IMG/VR virus record: IMGVR_UViG_3300046002_004036
Span: 34,084-98,083 of that record
Length of the DNA: 64,000 nucleotides
Strand: one strand, 5' to 3'
DNA from: a virus
Positions 60,163 through 64,000 of the stretch are shown here, piece by piece. The first letter of the stretch is position 1; the number at the start of each line of letters is the position of its first letter. The translations under genes and the position numbers were made by a program. The notes below the pieces were generated by a model. The model had not been told where the DNA came from. It searched no databases and saw only the letters and a program-made list of their open reading frames with translations.

Positions 60163-60347
60163 GGTTTTAGTATACCGCAAAATCTGAAGCAAACTCGCTT
60201 TGCTCGTTTTCTGAAAAATTATTTAAAATAGGGTTTTGGGGTTTGGGGAAATAGGTTTGACAGAAATCTGAATATTTTTATCAGATGTACGATACATGAT
60301 TTATAATATAAATACTATAAATAATAGTGAGCACACATAGGATCTAC

Positions 60348-60521
60348 CTATGCCTCACCTTGTAACCACCCGTCAATGCCTAATATATCGCATGTAACAC
60401 GCACACGTAACGATTTATCTATGTGCTTGGGATATAGTGCAATGAAATCATGCACCTCATCTGTAGTGTTTAGATTGAGTAGGCTTGTTGTGCCTGACAT
60501 GCTTGTTAGTAATACTTTCAT
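60348..60521 (-). CDS. Small protein, 57 aa (paralog of 62343..62519)
   Basis: MKVLLTSMSG...RVTCDILGIDGWLQGEA; ATGA coupling and AAGGT RBS. Confidence 0.75.
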   Translation of the reverse strand: MKVLLTSMSGTTSLLNLNTTDEVHDFIALYPKHIDKSLRVRVTCDILGIDGWLQGEA

Positions 60522-60670
60522 TTAGTATCTACCTTTCTAATATGGTAAGTAAATCCCTTACCTAGTTTTTCTAATTCTTTCATAACGCTAAGGATTTCCT
60601 CTGCGTTGTTAGCAGTACTGTCTACAGATAGCAATTCGCTACCCTGCCATATTGAGTAAGTAATAATCAT
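60518..60670 (-). CDS. Small protein, 50 aa
   Basis: MIITYSIWQGSELLSVD...; ATGA-coupled on both sides. Confidence 0.7.
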   Translation of the reverse strand: MIITYSIWQGSELLSVDSTANNAEEILSVMKELEKLGKGFTYHIRKVDTK

Positions 60671-60846
60671 TTAGAGATACTCCAATCTGACCACCAAGAC
60701 AATCTGTCTGGGTCTTCTATCCAAAATCTTTCAATATTGTTTTCACATGTCTCGCAGAATGTATATTCTACATCTGCTACCTCTGAGATAGAGGCTAGGT
60801 GAGGTGCATGCTCTTTGCATGCTGTGATTGTAGTTAGTGTAGTCAT
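60667..60846 (-). CDS. Small Cys/His protein
   Basis: CKEH...CETC; GAAAGGTGG RBS. Confidence 0.7.
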   Translation of the reverse strand: MTTLTTITACKEHAPHLASISEVADVEYTFCETCENNIERFWIEDPDRLSWWSDWSISK

Positions 60847-60896
60847 ATTGACCACCTTTCGTTTATTCGTTACCCTTGTGGTAACTATTTCCTTGA

Positions 60897-60932
60897 CCTA
60901 GGTTATTTGCCTACTTAGTAGGGCTCACTAGG
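60897..60932 (-). ncRNA. UGAGC/CRAAUAA structured-RNA module, leader 1 (one copy)
   Basis: CCTAG-TGAGC-CCTAC TAA GTAGG-CAAATAA-C-CTAGG. Confidence 0.55.
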
Positions 60933-60958
60933 ATTTCTTATTTAGTTGTTATAGTAGA

Positions 60959-61024
60959 ATACTACCATAGATACCCTGAAAAGTCAAGGCGACACGCCGT
61001 TGGCGTGGTGTGATTCTAGTCACA
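60959..61024 (-). promoter_or_regulatory. Promoter TTGACT-17-TAGTAT with ACGGCGTGTCG box and CRP-like site
   Basis: -35 at 60982-60987, -10 at 60959-60964, TGTGA-N6-TCACA at 61009-61024. Confidence 0.8.
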
Positions 61025-61111
61025 TACCTTCTTGGATAGTAGGGATATTGCTAGGTCTAGGCTAGCCTTGCGCTGAGCCTCTACCATACTCTTGTATTCT
61101 TCAAGTGTCAT
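61016..61111 (-). CDS. Small protein, 31 aa
   Basis: MTLEEYKSMVEAQRKASLDLAISLLSKKVCD; GAAAGGT RBS. Confidence 0.65.
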   Translation of the reverse strand: MTLEEYKSMVEAQRKASLDLAISLLSKKVCD

Positions 61112-61161
61112 TGTATGACCTTTCTTTATTGATAACCTTTATCAATTTTTCTTATACTGCA

Positions 61162-61227
61162 AGTATAGCATAGAGATTGCTAAAAGTCAAGTCCTGAGAC
61201 GGCGTGTCGTGTGTGATATACACCACA
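61162..61227 (-). promoter_or_regulatory. Promoter TTGACT-17-TATACT with CRP-like site
   Basis: -35 at 61185-61190, -10 at 61162-61167, TGTGA-N6-CCACA at 61212-61227. Confidence 0.8.
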
Positions 61228-61238
61228 TGGCCCGGCAG

Positions 61239-61302
61239 TTATCCACATGATACACATCACACTAACAATTGAGCGTGAGTTATCCACATGATGTACCTCA
61301 CA
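61239..61302 (+). promoter_or_regulatory. Two perfect DnaA boxes, each overlapping a CRP-like site
   Basis: TTATCCACA at 61239 and 61280; CATGA-N6-TCACA at 61246 and 61287. Confidence 0.6.
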
Positions 61303-61341
61303 TTGTAAAATGTCCATATTGACCTACTTACTGGGTAGTAG

Positions 61342-61364
61342 ATGTCAGACCCCCCTGTTATACT
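61342..61364 (+). promoter_or_regulatory. Promoter with ATGTCAG box and extended -10
   Basis: ATGTCAG-10 bp-TATACT-TACAGTATAA; same layout at 62092-62114. Confidence 0.7.
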
Positions 61365-61396
61365 TACAGTATAAGAAAAAGTAAATAAAGAAAAAT

Positions 61397-61470
61397 CTTA
61401 GTTGAGCCTATTGAGCCTAGCAAATAATCCGAAAGGTGAGCCTAGCAAATAAATAGCAAATAATACTAAG
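61397..61470 (+). ncRNA. UGAGC/CRAAUAA structured-RNA module, leader 2 (three nested copies)
   Basis: CTTAGT-TGAGC-CTAT-[motif-T-CC GAAA GG-motif]-ATAG-CAAATAA-T-ACTAAG. Confidence 0.6.
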
Positions 61471-61506
61471 CAAGGAAAAAGAATATCTCTTGAAAGGAGA
61501 ATATAA

Positions 61507-61716
61507 ATGTCAATAGAAATTTTTGAAATGAATGAAAATGGTGCTGGTTGGGTATCATTAGAAAATGCTACATCTTCAACCAAAATTGATTTAGAGTGGG
61601 CAATTGCAAACAATGCAGATGTTCAAATGCAATGTTTCAAATGTCATACACCAATCCCAAAAGGTAATGTATGCATAAATCACAAGAATGTAAAAGGAGG
61701 AATTTACTTTGACTAA
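61507..61716 (+). CDS. Small zinc-binding protein
   Basis: CFKC...CINH; GAAAGGAG RBS. Confidence 0.75.
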   Translation: MSIEIFEMNENGAGWVSLENATSSTKIDLEWAIANNADVQMQCFKCHTPIPKGNVCINHKNVKGGIYFD

Positions 61717-61855
61717 AAAAAATGTAATAATTAGTTTTGTTACTGAAGCAGATACAGATCTGCAAGCAGTATTCAATCTAAATAAAATTTTGAATAAACT
61801 TTCTGATAATGAATTAGAAAAGTTCAATGCGTTTGAAGTTTTAGATGTAGAGTAA
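61709..61855 (+). CDS. Small protein, 48 aa (TTG start)
   Basis: MTKKNVIISFVTEADTDLQAVFNLNK...; AGGAGG RBS. Confidence 0.65.
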   Translation: MTKKNVIISFVTEADTDLQAVFNLNKILNKLSDNELEKFNAFEVLDVE

Positions 61856-61882
61856 TCTCTACACTAAGACCGCCCGGCGCGG

Positions 61883-61948
61883 CGTGATGCATATCACATA
61901 AAATATACGGCGTGTCGTCTTGACTTTTTGATATTTCTATGTTATACT
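61883..61948 (+). promoter_or_regulatory. Promoter TTGACT-17-TATACT with ACGGCGTGTCG box and CRP-like site
   Basis: CGTGA-N6-TCACA at 61883-61898; -35 at 61920-61925; -10 at 61943-61948. Confidence 0.8.
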
Positions 61949-61987
61949 TCTCGTATAAAGAAAATTGAATAGTGACAAAAAGAAGCA

Positions 61988-62045
61988 GGTCATGAGCCTA
62001 GCGAATAAGCCTCTACCAGAGGATGAGCCTAGCAAATAAGTGACC
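61988..62045 (+). ncRNA. UGAGC/CRAAUAA structured-RNA module, leader 3 (two copies)
   Basis: GGTCA-motif-G-CCTCT ACC AGAGG-A-motif-G-TGACC. Confidence 0.6.
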
Positions 62046-62114
62046 AATATCACAAAGAAAGTTTCTCAACACACCCCTAAAAGGGGTCAATATGTCAGTG
62101 GTCTATGTTAGACT
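62039..62114 (+). promoter_or_regulatory. CRP-like site plus ATGTCAG-type promoter
   Basis: AGTGA-N6-TCACA at 62039-62054; ATGTCAG at 62092; TAGACT at 62109. Confidence 0.7.
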
Positions 62115-62145
62115 TACAGTATAAACAAAAAGAAAGGAGTCACTA

Positions 62146-62343
62146 ATGACTCACTATAAAGAAATCCGAAAGGATATAGCCCTAGAGTATGGGCTAGCGA
62201 GTGCAGGATATGCACCTCGTAAATATGCATTGACAGTTCGCCAATGTCAAATACTCAATAATAAATACGGCTATGAAAAAGCCTCAATGATAGTAAAACG
62301 CTATCGCTCAATGTTTCTAACTAAGAAAGTTGGTACTAACTAA
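62146..62343 (+). CDS. Small basic protein
   Basis: GAAAGGAG RBS. Confidence 0.75.
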   Translation: MTHYKEIRKDIALEYGLASAGYAPRKYALTVRQCQILNNKYGYEKASMIVKRYRSMFLTKKVGTN

Positions 62344-62519
62344 TGGTACAAGTAAAACTAACCTCATTCAATGGTAATGTGAAACGCTTAGAGTTTCTCA
62401 CTTCATACCTTGCAAATAATTACATAAAGGCGCTACCTAATGCGCTACCTAAAACAGTAACGCTTCAAGTAGAATGCGACGCTCTAACACTTTCAGGTTT
62501 CGTGAGAGGAACAAAATAA
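62343..62519 (+). CDS. Small protein, 58 aa (paralog of 60348..60521)
   Basis: MVQVKLTSFNG...QVECDALTLSGFVRGTK; TAATG-coupled. Confidence 0.75.
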   Translation: MVQVKLTSFNGNVKRLEFLTSYLANNYIKALPNALPKTVTLQVECDALTLSGFVRGTK

Positions 62520-62680
62520 TGAAAACTAACTTTGAACTAATTGCAGAGATTCAATCTCTAGCAGAAAAGCACTATGGAAAAAACGATAGTGCATTCCTAT
62601 GGGGTTGCTCATCTCCACTTCTAACAATTCATAACCTTGAACTAATTCTCTCAATTCTAAAAGATAAGGAAACTAACTAA
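62519..62680 (+). CDS. Small protein
   Basis: Start moved to MKTNFEL; GAGG RBS and TAATG coupling. Confidence 0.7.
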   Translation: MKTNFELIAEIQSLAEKHYGKNDSAFLWGCSSPLLTIHNLELILSILKDKETN

Positions 62681-62922
62681 TGAATAAACAACAACAAATT
62701 GACGAGGCTATTGCTTCCGCTGAATCACTATTCAACACTCCTGAATCCATAGAGTTTGCAAAGCGCATGGAATTTGAGGACTATCTCAATGACTCATATG
62801 GACGCATTGAAATATGTGGACAGATATTCTTCCCTTCCGATGTTCTGCGAGAATGTGACCCTGTTGCGTTTCGTGTTTATCAAAGCGATTTTGAATCAAT
62901 GAATGAGGAAAACAATGAATAA
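62680..62922 (+). CDS. Small acidic protein
   Basis: PSDVLRECDPVAFR; TAATG-coupled. Confidence 0.75.
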   Translation: MNKQQQIDEAIASAESLFNTPESIEFAKRMEFEDYLNDSYGRIEICGQIFFPSDVLRECDPVAFRVYQSDFESMNEENNE

Positions 62923-63016
62923 TTTTTATCAAACATTTTTTGTAAGTGGTAATGCACTTTTTTGGTTCTCAATGATTTGTTTTATTTCTGGATTTTATTT
63001 ACACACTAAAGAATGA
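62915..63016 (+). CDS. Small membrane protein, 33 aa
   Basis: MNNFYQTFFVSGNALFWFSMICFISGFYLHTKE; GAGG RBS. Confidence 0.6.
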   Translation: MNNFYQTFFVSGNALFWFSMICFISGFYLHTKE

Positions 63017-63050
63017 TCACGTGGGGCCCGGCGCTCTCGGGCGTGTCGCA

Positions 63051-63126
63051 TGTGATAAGAAACACATAAATAATTTCCCCAATTACGGCGTGTTGATTTG
63101 ATTTCCTGGGATTTATGTGGTAAGAT
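63051..63126 (+). promoter_or_regulatory. Promoter TTGATT-17-TAAGAT with ACGGCGTGTTG box and CRP-like site
   Basis: TGTGA-N6-ACACA at 63051-63066; -35 at 63098-63103; -10 at 63121-63126. Confidence 0.7.
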
Positions 63127-63159
63127 TATCTTATACAATTGAATAAATAGTAAAAATGA

Positions 63160-63245
63160 TGTGACTAACCTCACACTCGTTGAGCGTCTCAAAGGTTGAG
63201 ATTTTATCGCTAGGATTTGATTTCTAGCCCTAAAAATGCTAAAAT
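63160..63245 (+). promoter_or_regulatory. Promoter TTGATT-17-TAAAAT with CRP-like site
   Basis: TGTGA-N6-TCACA at 63160-63175; -35 at 63217-63222; -10 at 63240-63245. Confidence 0.75.
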
Positions 63246-63279
63246 AGTAATATAAACAAAAAGAAAAGAAGGTGACAAA

Positions 63280-63495
63280 ATGTCAGCCAATGTCTACAAT
63301 GTCCAATCCCTACTAATAGGAAAACAATATATCTCTCGCACCTTGCGTGGAGAAATTGTATCAGCAGAGGTACACCCTAAAGCCGTATGGTATGAGGGTT
63401 GCGAAACTTATCTCGTAGAGGTTGCACCTAATAGCGGTTACAATAATTTCGGTAGCCGTACTTATCGCACCGTTGCAGTAAAGACAGGTCAATAA
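63280..63495 (+). CDS. Small protein
   Basis: AAGGTG RBS. Confidence 0.75.
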   Translation: MSANVYNVQSLLIGKQYISRTLRGEIVSAEVHPKAVWYEGCETYLVEVAPNSGYNNFGSRTYRTVAVKTGQ

Positions 63496-63578
63496 TGAGT
63501 AAGTGTGTTAGGTGTTATAGGTACTACCTAAAAAATAATTTCGCCCTATGTAATAAGTGTTTAGATAAGGATAACTAA
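63495..63578 (+). CDS. 27-aa zinc-finger microprotein
   Basis: MSKCVRC...LCNKCLDKDN; TAATG-coupled. Confidence 0.6.
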   Translation: MSKCVRCYRYYLKNNFALCNKCLDKDN

Positions 63579-63580
63579 TA

Positions 63581-63733
63581 ATGGGAAATCTATTTGATGA
63601 AATTGGTGAAGTTGCTGGCATGTGGATTTGCGATGAGTGCGATACTATCGCCTATGTGTCAGTGGGCACTGATACAATAAATGTAACACAATGTCAATGC
63701 GTACAACTATTCAGAACACCTGAAAACAACTAA
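63581..63733 (+). CDS. 50-aa Cys-containing protein
   Basis: CDEC...CQC; AAGGA RBS. Confidence 0.65.
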   Translation: MGNLFDEIGEVAGMWICDECDTIAYVSVGTDTINVTQCQCVQLFRTPENN

Positions 63734-63750
63734 CAGAAAAGGAACAGAAA

Positions 63751-63957
63751 ATGGTAAAAGTAGAACACAATCTAAAATTCATAACAGAGGTTGATGAGAA
63801 TCACCCTATTGGAATTCGCTTACTCTCACTACCTGATGAAATGCAAATCGTAATGCTTGAAGGTATGCTAAAAGAATTGCTTGCACCACGCATTCAGCCA
63901 ATAATTGATGAAATCAATGAAAACGGCTCTTATGCAATTCTAAAGGTTGCCGACTAA
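63751..63957 (+). CDS. Small protein
   Basis: AAGGA RBS. Confidence 0.7.
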   Translation: MVKVEHNLKFITEVDENHPIGIRLLSLPDEMQIVMLEGMLKELLAPRIQPIIDEINENGSYAILKVAD

Positions 63958-64000
63958 TGATGACACGCAAAGACTATGTAGCCGTTGCAGAGATTCTTTC
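63957..64000 (+). CDS. Small protein, partial (MMTRKDYVAVAEIL...)
   Basis: TAATG-coupled; runs off the window end. Confidence 0.6.
   Translation, partial: MMTRKDYVAVAEIL

Noticed and set aside
60231-60255. G-quadruplex
   Set aside because: Only three tracts of three or more G; the fourth is GG.
61397-62045. TGAGCCTAGCAAATAA repeats as a mini-CRISPR array
   Set aside because: Repeats are only 16 nt, and the 9-15 nt between them form hairpins rather than spacers.
61988-62045. Hammerhead ribozyme (UGAG...CGAA resemblance)
   Set aside because: The CUGANGA core is missing, and five of six copies have CAAA rather than CGAA.
1-64000. tRNA/tmRNA genes, integrase, alternative genetic code
   Set aside because: I recognised no cloverleaf or recombinase motifs by eye (tRNAscan-SE or ARAGORN would be decisive), and long genes read intact with the standard code.

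Overview
This window is 64 kb of an AT-rich, long-tailed (siphovirus-like) phage genome. Gene content and order (DnaE, RecA, DnaB, primase, Cas4-like nuclease, RuvC, class II RNR, HK97-type head, long tape measure) resemble large actinophages; an actinobacterial host, possibly a low-GC freshwater lineage, is inference only. From 1 to ~59 kb almost all genes are on the minus strand. In window order they are terminase, recombination/replication genes, tail, head, RNR, fibre/receptor-binding genes, a five-gene glycosylation cassette including glf, and a modular array of Gly-rich proteins. From ~60.2 to 64 kb is a divergently transcribed region of tiny ORFs with dense regulatory sequence. The strongest candidates for something new are: (1) a repeated, self-nesting structured-RNA module, UGAGC-[hairpin]-CRAAUAA, with six copies in three promoter-proximal leaders and covarying stems; (2) CRP/GlxR-like sites helically phased to sigmaA promoters, plus GACAC-containing boxes and two perfect DnaA boxes; (3) a tail protein with 8 Cys repeats matched unit-for-unit by 8 YD repeats; (4) tail chaperones G and GT apparently encoded by duplication instead of a frameshift; (5) a free-standing copy of the capsid N-arm; (6) a metallothionein-like microprotein missing from the ORF track. 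I saw no tRNA, CRISPR array, integrase or reverse transcriptase. All calls come from reading motifs by eye; no searches were run.
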